Shown: positions 18,471-29,708, counted from the first letter of the stretch. The stretch: 59,564 nt of DNA from a virus (IMGVR_UViG_3300032313_000319:1-59564), one strand, 5' to 3'. Notes: generated by a model not told the origin, from the sequence alone. Translations and numbers: made by a program.

Positions 18471-19820
18471 TTAATTAAATAAGTCGGCAGTTTTGAGGAA
18501 ACGTCCGCCCCATAGGGATTTTTCAACCTGCTTCGCAGGCTGTTCCTGTACGATCTCGCCTAGATCGCCAGACTTACGGAAAGCTGTATCTGCCTCTACG
18601 GCATCAATACGCTTTCCAATATTGTTGAAGTCACTCTCAGCATCGTTTAGCTTGGCGTTAACCAGACCGAGAGACTTCTTTAGATCAGCAATCTCGTCAT
18701 TTAGTGACTTTACTACTGATGTTAGATCGCTAAAGGCTGTTGCGATACCATCACGAATTTCAGCTACTGCTGATGCAACGATATCCTCTGACTTAGATAC
18801 TTCTTCCTTTACAGCCTCTTCTTCCTTCATGTCGTCAGCCTTCAGAGTTTCCTCTTCGTCCTCATCCATGTCGTCAGACTTCTTCTCTTCCTCGTCCATA
18901 GCGTGTCCAGACTTCTCAGTCTTAGACTCCTCTTCCATGGTCTTGTCTTCAGAATAAGACTTTTCTACTGTATCTTCGGTTGCAGTATCTGCCTCTGGAG
19001 CGACCTTTGCTTCTTCAACTACATCGTCGTTCTTTACGACATCTTCAGTTGTTTCGTTCATAGGATCTTCCTCCTTCGTCATCTTAGAAAGATTAATGCC
19101 TTTAGCACTATCAACTAAGAACTTTATCATTTCTGTTTTTTCGTTATCGTTTTTCTCAACGAAACCTATATTCTTCATCGGAGTGCCGTCAATAGGGCTT
19201 ACCTCTACGTCTGAATCAGATACCTTTACGATACCGTTTAAATTATCCCAGAACACATTCTCAAACTCAGTGTCCAGGTTATCTCCCTTAATCACATCTA
19301 CACCATCAACTTTCTGTACTGAAAGAATATTTGCAAACTGGTTTGCTGGGTTATCTACAAGAGATAGCTCAATAAGATCATATTCTTTAATAATACGGAT
19401 AGTCTTATCCATCTTCTCATCATAAGCATCTTCGTACTTATTCATACGGCCACCGATAGAAAAGCCAGAAAGGGTGCCATCTAGGACCTTTTCCCAAGTG
19501 TCCTGAGCACCCTTTGAAACATAAGCAGAAACATAAACACCTGTATAGAACTTCTTAGTTTCTGAATCAAAGTACTTGTCTTCCTTAAAAGAAACCATCT
19601 TTCCAACAGAGAGTGGCTGATGCATTTCACGAATGTTACCACGAAATTTAGCGAATGCCTTTAGGGATGCATCGGTAGTAACAATGTCAGACTGCTTATC
19701 AACATTATCAAGTGTGGCAAATCCAGAAACGATGCGTCGTTCCTGATCAACCTTGCTGAATGGCATAGAGAGACGAACATTGTCGCCTTCTGTATCCCAA
19801 TGTGCCTTTGATATAGTCAT
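18471..19820 (-). CDS. Prohead protease fused to scaffold
   Basis: N-terminal HK97-type protease (IREMH, GFSIGG, ELSLVDNPAN), acidic linker, coiled-coil C-terminus. Confidence 0.85.
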   Translation of the reverse strand: MTISKAHWDTEGDNVRLSMPFSKVDQERRIVSGFATLDNVDKQSDIVTTDASLKAFAKFRGNIREMHQPLSVGKMVSFKEDKYFDSETKKFYTGVYVSAYVSKGAQDTWEKVLDGTLSGFSIGGRMNKYEDAYDEKMDKTIRIIKEYDLIELSLVDNPANQFANILSVQKVDGVDVIKGDNLDTEFENVFWDNLNGIVKVSDSDVEVSPIDGTPMKNIGFVEKNDNEKTEMIKFLVDSAKGINLSKMTKEEDPMNETTEDVVKNDDVVEEAKVAPEADTATEDTVEKSYSEDKTMEEESKTEKSGHAMDEEEKKSDDMDEDEEETLKADDMKEEEAVKEEVSKSEDIVASAVAEIRDGIATAFSDLTSVVKSLNDEIADLKKSLGLVNAKLNDAESDFNNIGKRIDAVEADTAFRKSGDLGEIVQEQPAKQVEKSLWGGRFLKTADLFN

Positions 19821-19887
19821 GGTACCTTAATTATAATGTATGTTTTTATTAAATTGTTATATTCTTGTAACTATTTATTATAGCAGA

Positions 19888-21516
19888 TTATTCTGAAGAA
19901 TTTCCTTCACCTTGAGGATTTCTTCCAGAAGTTGTTGCTGGACCATCTGATTGATTGTTTGTACGCTCTGCATCTCTTTCACGGTTGCCTGCCAGGTTAG
20001 ATCTAGCGTCTGTAGCCTGACGTGAAGACATCTCAAATGGATCATCTCCATCTGGACGCTGTGGCAAGCCAAGAACTTCACGTGCTTCATTAGGAACCAT
20101 GATCTGTGTCTTGACGTATCTCTCAAGAATCTGTGACTGAGTAACTTCATCTGTAAGAGTTAGCTCGTTGAACTTTAGCTCAAGAATGTCTGTCTTTTCC
20201 CTAATGATTCTGCCGATAAGCTTTTCAATGTTTCTTTGCATTGGTCTAGCTACCTGCTCCTTAAAAGTACGGTCTTGGGCAAGTGCAGCTGCAATATTAG
20301 AAGCGTCAGATCCACCAATCTTTGACAGTGGAACCTGGTGTGCAACTAGAATGTCGTCACGGTTGCGAAGTCTATACTCATTAAACGATGCCTCCTGGAC
20401 ACCATTCTCAATAGGCTTCATTTCAAACTCTACCTTATTTTGGTCAGTATCTCCAGGGAGGGGAATGTATAGGGTTCTATGTGACTGCCCCTTCAAGTTT
20501 GTCTGAAGGAATCTAAATAGCTTGTCTTCAGCTTCAGAGGATAGCTTTGCACCCTTAAGAGTTACAACATAACGTGGCACAGCCTTGTTGCTAAAGTAGT
20601 CAATGTTGTACTGTGACGCTAGCTGGTCTCCGTGTAGTGACGATACAGCAGACATGATGTCTGGAATACCATAGTAAGTGTTTAGTGGAGAGTACTGCTT
20701 GAAGTGAATAATCTCATTTGGACGTGGGTCACCAGTAATTGGGTTTACATTCTTTGCCCCGAAGTTTCTGAAGTAAACAACCTTGTGACCAATAATCTGA
20801 ACGTAGCCATCCTTTAGTCTGCGAACACGCATAGTCGTAGATGGAATATGTCCAACATATCCAATCTGACCCAGAGTGGTTCTACCAATTTCTAGATACC
20901 CGTTTCCAGTTGCCTCGTAATCAGTTAGAACCTTCATCATTACGTTTGTAAAAGACTCTTCGTCATTAAGGTTTTCAATCCAATCACGAAGCTCAATCTT
21001 CATACGCTCAATACGGCGACGGGCTTTGTCACGTGCTGAGTCATTATCATTAGCCTCAATAGCCATCATTGTTCGATCAGAAACGTGGAAGTCATAGCCA
21101 AGACCAACAATATTTTCTACCTTGGCATCAATTGCTGCGTGATTAGCAAACGATGTGTCGTAGAAGTTAGCCAACTCGTATAGGTTCCATGGTGGAGTAA
21201 TAACGTCAAACATACCATAACCATTACGATATACAGTTCCTGGATTAATCTCCTTGGACCTAGCACCATCAATACCACGGCTAACTGAATATGCACTGTC
21301 AAGATATAATGGGCTATTTACATCTAGATCTTTTGGGATCTGAGTTTCATAAGCCTTTGCCATTCTCTCAGAACGACGCTTAAAGTTTTTCTCTAGCCCA
21401 GCCAGGTTCTTTAGCTGATCCCACTCTTTATTAAATGGGTCTTGTGCCTTAAAGACATCCTCTTGGTTTCCAAAATCTGGCAAACCAATATCTCTAATGT
21501 AAAGTTCTTCTGACAT
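19888..21516 (-). CDS. Portal protein
   Basis: 542 aa, DYEATGNGYLEI, EIIHFK, YYGIPD, PNEAREVLGLP motifs. Confidence 0.9.
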   Translation of the reverse strand: MSEELYIRDIGLPDFGNQEDVFKAQDPFNKEWDQLKNLAGLEKNFKRRSERMAKAYETQIPKDLDVNSPLYLDSAYSVSRGIDGARSKEINPGTVYRNGYGMFDVITPPWNLYELANFYDTSFANHAAIDAKVENIVGLGYDFHVSDRTMMAIEANDNDSARDKARRRIERMKIELRDWIENLNDEESFTNVMMKVLTDYEATGNGYLEIGRTTLGQIGYVGHIPSTTMRVRRLKDGYVQIIGHKVVYFRNFGAKNVNPITGDPRPNEIIHFKQYSPLNTYYGIPDIMSAVSSLHGDQLASQYNIDYFSNKAVPRYVVTLKGAKLSSEAEDKLFRFLQTNLKGQSHRTLYIPLPGDTDQNKVEFEMKPIENGVQEASFNEYRLRNRDDILVAHQVPLSKIGGSDASNIAAALAQDRTFKEQVARPMQRNIEKLIGRIIREKTDILELKFNELTLTDEVTQSQILERYVKTQIMVPNEAREVLGLPQRPDGDDPFEMSSRQATDARSNLAGNRERDAERTNNQSDGPATTSGRNPQGEGNSSE

Positions 21517-21884
21517 TAGCCTTCATCTCCATATAGCTTTAGCGTATCCTGTGCTGCCTTAACTGCACCAAGGTCATTGAGATTTGGAATTAGACCCTGC
21601 TTCATTCTGTCTACTTGCTCTGAATATTCTTCATCTGTTACTCTTCCCATTCCTGGAAAGAAGATCGGCTTGCCATTTGGCTCACCGTGATATGCTGCAG
21701 CTTGGCGAAGCTTGTGCAGCTGTATTTCGTCACCCCTATGGGACGGAATGTTTAGGATGTTTCCCTGACCATCCGTAAACCATTTACCGTTTTCTCTCTG
21801 CCAAACATAGATACCCCAATCATAGTTTTTATCTAAGACTGTTACCTTTGAATTACCAATTTGATTGAGATTTTCCTTATTCAT
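21516..21884 (-). CDS. Hypothetical protein (probably leaderless)
   Basis: TGGTATACT 7 nt before ATG of MNKEN; coupled to portal. Confidence 0.6.
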   Translation of the reverse strand: MNKENLNQIGNSKVTVLDKNYDWGIYVWQRENGKWFTDGQGNILNIPSHRGDEIQLHKLRQAAAYHGEPNGKPIFFPGMGRVTDEEYSEQVDRMKQGLIPNLNDLGAVKAAQDTLKLYGDEG

Positions 21885-21902
21885 AACCAATAGTATACCA
21901 TA

Positions 21903-24900
21903 CTATACGGCTTGATAAGTATTAGTCTTCCATGTAACGTTGTTGTAGAACTTGTAAGCATAATCTCCAAACTTTGTTTCAACAGAATCATCTACAATTA
22001 TCTTATTAGTTCCTGTATATACCTTGTAGATGTCAGATGGATCTACGCCATAATAGCTAGTATTCGATATAACTAAAACCTCTTGCCAAAGGTATGGAAT
22101 TGCATTCCAATAGTTCCAGTCTAATGTTAGAGAGCCAGCCTTTTCTACCTTAAACCAAGGTCTTTCTACAACAGTCTGAACCTCTTGTAGGTTTGTTGAC
22201 TTATAGTGAGAAATGTTATTAAACGTCATTGGCCCGTTTAGTCTTAGGGCACCCTCGTAAGAATTAAAGTCTTGGGTGTTGGCAAATCTAATTCCAAGCA
22301 TTGCCCATTCTTGAACAGTTATAGTTGGATCTTTAACAAGCTTTCCATTAAGATAGAAAGACAAACCATTCTCCAATTGTCCTCTAGAATTGATTGCATA
22401 AATTTTTGCACGTTTACCCTGTGGATGAGTTGCTACCATAAAGAATTTTATATATGAGTTTTTGCTTTGAATTTCAAATATTTGTGTTGGAGCATATGGG
22501 AAAAAGTCTTGATCAAACTTAAGTGACATTTGCATAGCAATAACCTTGTAGCTATCTGCCCTAGACTGATTGATTGGAATAGATATTCCCCGATTTACCA
22601 TTGGGTCATACTGCCCCTTAATTGAGATACCACTATCTTTAGTTAGATATAGGTATGGTGTGCTACCCTTATAAATCGTAAATGGATTTTTTTGCTTATA
22701 CGTAAAATAAAATCCGTCTTTTCGATATGGGAAAATGTCATTTCCAAACCTAGTACCAATTGGGGTAGGTGCTGTTTCAGAAAGAGCTAGTGAAGCGTAC
22801 TCCATAGATCTAATTAAAATTGGAGAGTCTTCAATATTTACAGTTTGAGCATGGATGTGTGCCACTATAGCAATATCCTCAAATGATACTGAGGCTGGTG
22901 GATAAATAATCATATTATCTACCACCTCATACTTAGTATTTAGCCACCCATCTCCTGGGATCAGAATTCCATCTTTTGGAGCAAGTTCAGTGTTTAAAAA
23001 ATACTCAGACGGCTTATTTGCTCCTTCGGCCAATAGCTGAAAGCTTACATAAGTTCTAACAACAGATCCAGAGGTATCGTATCTATATGTATTTTGAGAT
23101 CTATTTTTAAGATCTAAATAATTGTCAAAGCCCGTAAATAAGTGATTGTCTAAAGACTCATATGACCTTTGCAGCGGATTTGAGTATTCTGATTGAAGCT
23201 CACCATAAGTCCAAGACCCAGATGTTTCTTCCTGAATAAATCTTGATGGGGCTGGATAGTCAATGTTAAATTGAACAAAGTCTAGATCTAGCCTATCATC
23301 ACCCCTGGCATCTCTTACCTGCTTAGATAAAGCAGATAGTGGAACATAGTCTTGCCAATATGAATCTGCACCAATCCTAATTCCAAATCCAGACATAGAG
23401 TCTACCAGAGAAAGATGATATGTAGCGATATGTCCGCTTACAGCAAGCTGTGCATATTGACCAAGAGTTCCTCCATCATATAAGAACTGATAGATTTGAG
23501 TATTATATAACTCAGCATCAGCTATATCTGGACCAATATTTCCATCAACAAACTCATCAGAGAAGCCAACGCCGTCCTGACCAAAAATTGATTCTATCTT
23601 TGCTATGTTCTTTGAAGAACACACCCCAATACTATAAATCTTTCCAGTAAATGTTTGTGAAAAATCTTTTCTTCCGCCAACGTATAACGACATTGTGGAG
23701 AGGTTGCCAAAAAATTGTGCCACCTTACCACCATAATAATTTGAGAACTTTTGTAGGTCAATTCCAACAATAAACTGTTCTCCAAGGAAATATCGTTCTT
23801 TTGAAGCAACAACAGTTTGAACATTTCCATCAAAAACAATATAGTCAATTCTGTCACTACGAAGAACTACCTCAAAGTATCCACCAGATACTTTATTTTC
23901 TACTAAAAAGATTGTTTGTGGACTATCCGCAACATCTACTTCTTGGCACGATATATATATTGCTTTAGCTGTCTCTGATGCTATAGATAGATTTTCAACA
24001 TAAATATATCCATCAGTTTCAGACCACTGTGTTCCTGGCTTTAAAGATATTGCCATATCACTTGCTGAATAGGTTTTTAGATCAGCAATCCATTGATCGT
24101 ATGTCTTATCACTAAATAAGACCGTAGGTTGATTATACTGTGGAAATGAAAGAGCATTTCCATTTATCCTTACATTATCATAGGCACCCTGTGACCACTT
24201 TGCAATATTAGGATAATTATAGTTTTTAGAGTATTTAGAAAATGGATAGTCAATAAAGACTGAGCTTCCGCTATAAGCATTATTTATATTTTCTGGAAAT
24301 TCAACACCCTGACCATATACAAATCTACGCTTTGCAACTTGATTTGGAACCTTATATCCATAAGTTGCTACAGCATCTATTTCAAGAGGAAATACATCTT
24401 CGTATGCCCAAAAACCAAGCCAGTCATTATCTAAAACCAATTGACCATTTTGTTGAGTTATAGGTGGAAGGTTAACATCAGCTGCAATGATAATTTTTTC
24501 TCCAACTTGCTCCCCATTAATTAGCAATGATATGGATGAGCTAGAATATCTAATATGAACAAGCATTGGCCTAGACCATTGTCCTACATAATGTTTGATA
24601 ACGTGGTCACCAATTTTTAATGATATAAATGGTCCATTAACATATATGCCATCTGTACCACGAACATTTCCAAATATTCTTTTTTCTTCAGAAGAATTAC
24701 AGTTAGCCCTTAACCAAAACTCAAAAGTATAATCCTTATATTTTCCAGACTCGTTTAAGAAGCCTAAGCCAGGCAACAGGATAGCTGGGGCATTTCCGAT
24801 CTGCTGTAGAGTAGTTGTGTTATTTGCACCATAAACCATTGGTACACCATAGTTTTTTGCAGATAGGGCATTTCTTCTAACTAAGTAGTATCCATTTAAA

Positions 24901-25586
24901 TCTTGCAAACCATATGCAGAAGCTTCAATTGCAGTAATTCCAGAAATTGCAAGAATGTTTGATGGCACAGACACTGGCGTTGACCCAAGAGATGTCGAAT
25001 TAAACTCTTCTGACCACTGACCAAGAGAAACGCCATTAGCTAGAAATGAATAGTTTTCCAGATCATCTCCCTCAAAGAATCTAGCCTTAATTACAACTCT
25101 AAAAGTAGAGTTTTGTCTTGGTGGGGCAAATGTTTCTGAAACAAATATCCAATTATTATAAATTTCTGTAGAAAAAAACTTTAAGTCTTGTATTGTTGAT
25201 CCGCTAACATCATCGTAATATTCATATCCAATATCGAATCCAGAGATATACGCAGTATTGGAATATAGGAAAGCTCCAATACTAATTGTTGCTAAGGATT
25301 CATTCAGACTTTGTAGCGAAACAATGTCTGGACTTACACAAGAAACGGAAAACTCTCTTGTATCTGCAGATGAAGCTAGAACTTTTGAAACAAAGCTATT
25401 TGGGAATGGCTCATCTAATATAGATGGAATGTCTTCAGCAGATCCATTATCTATTTCCCACAAAGTAAAATCTCTATTTTGCTCAGATATCAGAGATACG
25501 TAGTCAGCAACATCATCCAGTGGCCACAGGGCAATAGGATGCTCAGAAAATACCTTTTCTGCATAAAGATTAGATGGATTAGACAT
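21903..25586 (-). CDS. Large virion protein with probable LamG/ConA-like beta domains
   Basis: 1227 aa, aromatic/beta-rich; PIALWPLDD and YTFEFWLR...LLINGEQV patterns. Confidence 0.6.
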   Translation of the reverse strand: MSNPSNLYAEKVFSEHPIALWPLDDVADYVSLISEQNRDFTLWEIDNGSAEDIPSILDEPFPNSFVSKVLASSADTREFSVSCVSPDIVSLQSLNESLATISIGAFLYSNTAYISGFDIGYEYYDDVSGSTIQDLKFFSTEIYNNWIFVSETFAPPRQNSTFRVVIKARFFEGDDLENYSFLANGVSLGQWSEEFNSTSLGSTPVSVPSNILAISGITAIEASAYGLQDLNGYYLVRRNALSAKNYGVPMVYGANNTTTLQQIGNAPAILLPGLGFLNESGKYKDYTFEFWLRANCNSSEEKRIFGNVRGTDGIYVNGPFISLKIGDHVIKHYVGQWSRPMLVHIRYSSSSISLLINGEQVGEKIIIAADVNLPPITQQNGQLVLDNDWLGFWAYEDVFPLEIDAVATYGYKVPNQVAKRRFVYGQGVEFPENINNAYSGSSVFIDYPFSKYSKNYNYPNIAKWSQGAYDNVRINGNALSFPQYNQPTVLFSDKTYDQWIADLKTYSASDMAISLKPGTQWSETDGYIYVENLSIASETAKAIYISCQEVDVADSPQTIFLVENKVSGGYFEVVLRSDRIDYIVFDGNVQTVVASKERYFLGEQFIVGIDLQKFSNYYGGKVAQFFGNLSTMSLYVGGRKDFSQTFTGKIYSIGVCSSKNIAKIESIFGQDGVGFSDEFVDGNIGPDIADAELYNTQIYQFLYDGGTLGQYAQLAVSGHIATYHLSLVDSMSGFGIRIGADSYWQDYVPLSALSKQVRDARGDDRLDLDFVQFNIDYPAPSRFIQEETSGSWTYGELQSEYSNPLQRSYESLDNHLFTGFDNYLDLKNRSQNTYRYDTSGSVVRTYVSFQLLAEGANKPSEYFLNTELAPKDGILIPGDGWLNTKYEVVDNMIIYPPASVSFEDIAIVAHIHAQTVNIEDSPILIRSMEYASLALSETAPTPIGTRFGNDIFPYRKDGFYFTYKQKNPFTIYKGSTPYLYLTKDSGISIKGQYDPMVNRGISIPINQSRADSYKVIAMQMSLKFDQDFFPYAPTQIFEIQSKNSYIKFFMVATHPQGKRAKIYAINSRGQLENGLSFYLNGKLVKDPTITVQEWAMLGIRFANTQDFNSYEGALRLNGPMTFNNISHYKSTNLQEVQTVVERPWFKVEKAGSLTLDWNYWNAIPYLWQEVLVISNTSYYGVDPSDIYKVYTGTNKIIVDDSVETKFGDYAYKFYNNVTWKTNTYQAV

Positions 25587-25613
25587 TGTTCACCACCTAT
25601 AGTTTACCACAGA

Positions 25614-26204
25614 CTAATCCAATAAATGCCAAAAGGCTGGTGACATGTACTTTGTTCCACCTGTAATTTCTCTGGACTCATGAAAAAATGGTGGAGTTGA
25701 TGGAAATATAACTAAGCTGCCAGCAGTTGGCTTAATAACTATTCCCTGGTCTGGGAAAGCTATTTCACCACCAAGATAGTCATCGTTTAGATATAAGACA
25801 GCAGAGATATTTTCTGTAGTTGGGTTTGGGGAAGAGTCTGTATGTCTTCCCATAGAGGCTCCAGTAAAATACTTGCTAATACTAATAGCTTTCTTTTCTC
25901 CAAGATTTAACTGTAGCTGATTTGCATAATCTTTTCCATATACAGACAGTAGGTTATCTAGTAGAAGATATAAATCTTTAACCTCGTCAGTTGCATCTAA
26001 AAAACTTTCAGCATTAGTAGACTTCCTTTGTCCAAAAACATAAGATCCGTCAGACGATGACCATGTGTGCCAATTAGTAATAAGTGAACTATTAGAAAGC
26101 TCTGCATCAGAGGATTCGATATCGTTGATTACCTGATATGGGTCATCCAGAATAGACTCATAATAAAAAATTTTTTCTGCAAAGATAGTAGGCTTAGACA
26201 ACAT
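25614..26204 (-). CDS. 2OG-Fe(II) oxygenase (prolyl-4-hydroxylase-like)
   Basis: HTD...YLNDDYLGGEI.F...H......GTKY. Confidence 0.9.
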   Translation of the reverse strand: MLSKPTIFAEKIFYYESILDDPYQVINDIESSDAELSNSSLITNWHTWSSSDGSYVFGQRKSTNAESFLDATDEVKDLYLLLDNLLSVYGKDYANQLQLNLGEKKAISISKYFTGASMGRHTDSSPNPTTENISAVLYLNDDYLGGEIAFPDQGIVIKPTAGSLVIFPSTPPFFHESREITGGTKYMSPAFWHLLD

Positions 26205-26861
26205 CTAGCTATTCCATTCTTTCTTCTGATCATCCTGCTTTGGCTGCTCTGCAATTTTAAGCCTTGCTAACTCTTCCAAGAATCCTTCTGGATACTCTAT
26301 GTCAGCATAGTCCCAAGAAAGAAGCATCGTATAACGCTCCCCAGATGTTACTTCGGTTACTGCATGAACATTGTTAATACCAACATCAAACACAATAGCT
26401 GTTCCTGCTTTTGGTGCTATAGAGATATTGTGGTCTCTAAAGGTAAGGTTTCCACCCTCATAGTTGTCATTCAAATATAGTATGGTCACAAGTTTGTTAT
26501 CTTGCCATGCATTTGGAGTGCCATCTAGCTCCGCATTATCTGCGTGATCGGCAGCAAATGCTCCTGGAAGCCATTTATGGGCACTTAGAGTTAGGTTTCT
26601 TACTGGTCTACCAGTTACCTCTTCTGCAAGCTGTCCCAAAGAGTTTCTTAGGTTGTTAAAAAAATCTGGATTGAATAGCTCAACCCCAAGATGATTCTTA
26701 GGACCATATGGATCCATAACACGAGCATTAAAAAAGCAGGTTTGTTGCCAAAGTGAGTCTCCAGAATCATAGTACTGAATTACTTTCTGACAATCTTCTT
26801 CTGAAAGATACCCCGAAAACTCTACGATATCATGCTTATGAATAATTTTTTCCATAATCAT
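26205..26861 (-). CDS. 2OG-Fe(II) oxygenase
   Basis: HAD...YLNDNYEGG...HAV...GERY. Confidence 0.9.
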   Translation of the reverse strand: MIMEKIIHKHDIVEFSGYLSEEDCQKVIQYYDSGDSLWQQTCFFNARVMDPYGPKNHLGVELFNPDFFNNLRNSLGQLAEEVTGRPVRNLTLSAHKWLPGAFAADHADNAELDGTPNAWQDNKLVTILYLNDNYEGGNLTFRDHNISIAPKAGTAIVFDVGINNVHAVTEVTSGERYTMLLSWDYADIEYPEGFLEELARLKIAEQPKQDDQKKEWNS

Positions 26862-27586
26862 TAGGCAAGCTTATTGCCCTTAGCCCACTCCTCTTTTTGC
26901 TTAGCCTGCTGCTCTCTAACCTTCTTTGTTTCTTCTTCCCACCAAGCTTCTTTTTCTTCAGAGTATTCTGCATCAGCAAAATCCCAAAAGGAGACCATTG
27001 TATATCTAGTTCCAGCTGTGATTTCCTTAACGCCGTGAATATTCTCTACTCCACCAGGGAACGTAATCAATGCATATGGTGTTGGCTTAAATGAGATATC
27101 GTGATCTGGGAAGTATAGCTCTCCACCCTCATAGTCGCCGTTTAGGTATAGAATTGCAACGTACTTGTTAATTTCAAATGCGTTAGGCTCTCCATGATTA
27201 TCGGAGTTGTCGGAGTGTGGATTAGCAAAACCTCCAACATCCCACTTTTGTGCATGAGACGTGTTAGCCCTAACCTCTCTACCAAACACTGCCTCTACGT
27301 GAGCCTTAAACTGTTCACGAAGATTATCAAAAAAGTCACCAGAAAGGTTATAGTCTGCAAGCATTGGATCGTTTGCCATTAGCCCCATTCCAGATGATCC
27401 ATAAAAAGCGATGTCCCCCCACATCTCAGCCTTAGCCTCAAAGTAGTTAGTCATATTTTTAGCATCCTCTGGATCTACAAAGTTTGGAATCTCTACAATG
27501 CGGTTATCCTTAATTCCCAGAATACTGTTTTCAATTGGTTCGTCCTTGTAATAAATAAAACTTTCTTTGTTAATGATATTAGTCAT
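26861..27586 (-). CDS. 2OG-Fe(II) oxygenase
   Basis: HSD...YLNGDYEGGELYF...HGV...GTRY. Confidence 0.9.
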   Translation of the reverse strand: MTNIINKESFIYYKDEPIENSILGIKDNRIVEIPNFVDPEDAKNMTNYFEAKAEMWGDIAFYGSSGMGLMANDPMLADYNLSGDFFDNLREQFKAHVEAVFGREVRANTSHAQKWDVGGFANPHSDNSDNHGEPNAFEINKYVAILYLNGDYEGGELYFPDHDISFKPTPYALITFPGGVENIHGVKEITAGTRYTMVSFWDFADAEYSEEKEAWWEEETKKVREQQAKQKEEWAKGNKLA

Positions 27587-28262
27587 TAGTTTCCTCCAAA
27601 TTTTTGTGAGAAAGAATGGTCCAAAAAAACGGACAGGTATATCTAATTCCAGACTCTATTGTGGTTATTCCGTGAATATAATTCATGTCTCCAGGGAAGA
27701 AGTAAGCAGCTCCACGCTTTGGCTTAAACTGGATTCCCTGATTTGGAAAATACAGTTCTCCACCTTCATAATCATCATTTAGATAGATAATTGTAGCAAT
27801 GTCATACCAAGGAAAGTCATTAGGCTTACCTGCGTTATCTCCTTCATGCAACTCTTTGTCTGCGTGAGGCATTTGCAAATTACCTGGAAGCCATCTAACA
27901 AGAGCAGGGGATGTTGGTTTTGCATCAACACCAAAGAAGCTATCAATCTGAACCTTTAATCTTTTTACAATAGACCTAATAGTATCTACAGTTTCTGGAC
28001 TAGTGCTATTAATTGTTGGATAGGTTGCTACACGACCATCCCAGTAGCCAGAATCATATATGACTACGCCATCTTCATTGTAGTGAGTTTGGGTAATATC
28101 CCAGGTCTCATTATTCCTAATAAAATTATTAAGAAGGTCTAGCTCTTCCTCTGTAAGGAAATTTTCAAGAGATCCAATCATCTCAGGGCCGTTTCCAAAG
28201 AACCCAGATGGGGTAATTGAAACGGGATTTTCAAAGTGACTATTAGAGTATTGTTTATCCAT
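27579..28262 (-). CDS. 2OG-Fe(II) oxygenase
   Basis: HAD...YLNDDYEGGELYF...HGI...GIRY; leaderless start. Confidence 0.9.
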   Translation of the reverse strand: MDKQYSNSHFENPVSITPSGFFGNGPEMIGSLENFLTEEELDLLNNFIRNNETWDITQTHYNEDGVVIYDSGYWDGRVATYPTINSTSPETVDTIRSIVKRLKVQIDSFFGVDAKPTSPALVRWLPGNLQMPHADKELHEGDNAGKPNDFPWYDIATIIYLNDDYEGGELYFPNQGIQFKPKRGAAYFFPGDMNYIHGITTIESGIRYTCPFFWTILSHKNLEETND

Positions 28263-28279
28263 GGCTATATTATACCACG

Positions 28280-29008
28280 TTAGTCATACTTGCGTCTTTC
28301 CCAGACATCTTTCTGATAGACTCCACCGCTTGGTTTACGATACTTAAAACTATTTGCCATATTTTTAGTATATATCTCAGAAGGATTTTCTATGATGGTT
28401 TCTGACTTCCAGTCTTCACGTTTAAATGGGATAATCTGAGCATATGGAGTTCCAGCAGGAATAACTCCCTCAAATCCCTTTGCAACAAAGAATGGCATAG
28501 TTCCTGGAAGGCTTACCTTGTCATTGTCTATAATTCCACTTGTAGTTAGGAATGGTAAATCAAATCTATTGAAGGGTTGTGAGTATATCGCACTATATCC
28601 GACTGGTAGCTCTACTGCCCAGTCAGACCACCAAGCAAAGTGGTTGTCATGATATCCCCAGGGTGTCTCAAACTGTGGCATTGGAGATCTGTCGTGCAAG
28701 AAGTCTTTATACTGGCTATCTAGGACTTTGCCCACCACGGTTCCAGATTCACTAATAGAAAATTCAATGTCGCACGGTGTTCTGTATACGTATCCAGTAG
28801 TCATAATATCGTAAAGTGCTGGACATGCTTTCCAGGTAACTACCCTGCCACCATCTGGACCAATAAAAGGCTCTCCATCAGAATTCATTGCATACCTGTC
28901 GGCATCTTTATACCAAACTGGAATTGCTTTGCTGGTTGGGGTTGGCTTAGACATGCTAGACTCCGTTAGCCAAGACCTATTAGATACAAACTTAATCTTT
29001 TTGTTCAT
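28280..29008 (-). CDS. Hypothetical protein, DUF6065-like (GTP.AQIIPFKRE) family
   Basis: KACP...GY..., IPAGTPYAQIIPFKRE; distant similarity to the neighbouring gene. Confidence 0.55.
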   Translation of the reverse strand: MNKKIKFVSNRSWLTESSMSKPTPTSKAIPVWYKDADRYAMNSDGEPFIGPDGGRVVTWKACPALYDIMTTGYVYRTPCDIEFSISESGTVVGKVLDSQYKDFLHDRSPMPQFETPWGYHDNHFAWWSDWAVELPVGYSAIYSQPFNRFDLPFLTTSGIIDNDKVSLPGTMPFFVAKGFEGVIPAGTPYAQIIPFKREDWKSETIIENPSEIYTKNMANSFKYRKPSGGVYQKDVWERRKYD

Positions 29009-29708
29009 TTATAACTTTCATGACTAGCTTCTTAGCCTCATGCTCTCCGACTGGGGCACCTGTGTGATCAACTGCATCTCTATAGAAATGTGTCCAATCA
29101 CCCACTGAATTGCGAGCCTGTGATGCTTCTGATCTTGCTGACATCCTGTCTCCCCACTCTCTAGTACTCCATTCACGTGGTGTGTGGTTCTTAACTGTAA
29201 CCTCATAAGACTGAAGATCATTTAAAGAAATTGGTAGAACTGTTGCGATTGGAGTTCCAGCTGGAATTGTAATCTCTACGTTTGGTTGCAATACCATCCA
29301 TGCAATAGGAAGTTCTGACTCAAGAACTGATGTGCTAATCACGGTTGTAATGCACTGAGCACCTTCAATAAATTGATTTGGCACTGGCATAGTCAACAAA
29401 GAGATGTTCTTTTTTGCAGAAAAATAAATACCAGTATTAAAGCTTATTGTTCTATTTCCACGATTAACGTGAACATATTTTTCTCCAGATATAACCTTAA
29501 CGTGATCTGGAGTAGAGTCATTTATACCGTCCCAAATAAAGGTAATGTCTTCTGGAAACGATATTCCCCAGCCAAGTCTATTCGCAATAGACATTGGAAA
29601 ACAGTGATAGGCATGCCTTTCATATGTGCTGTCCATCCAGTCACGCTTCATTGGAATTTGATCTATATTGCCAGAGCGATCATGGACTCTATATGCCACA
29701 ACCTCCAT
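28992..29708 (-). CDS. DUF6065-like protein
   Basis: RDWMD...HAYHCFPMSIANRLGW, IPAGTPIA. Confidence 0.65.
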   Translation of the reverse strand: MEVVAYRVHDRSGNIDQIPMKRDWMDSTYERHAYHCFPMSIANRLGWGISFPEDITFIWDGINDSTPDHVKVISGEKYVHVNRGNRTISFNTGIYFSAKKNISLLTMPVPNQFIEGAQCITTVISTSVLESELPIAWMVLQPNVEITIPAGTPIATVLPISLNDLQSYEVTVKNHTPREWSTREWGDRMSARSEASQARNSVGDWTHFYRDAVDHTGAPVGEHEAKKLVMKVINEQKD

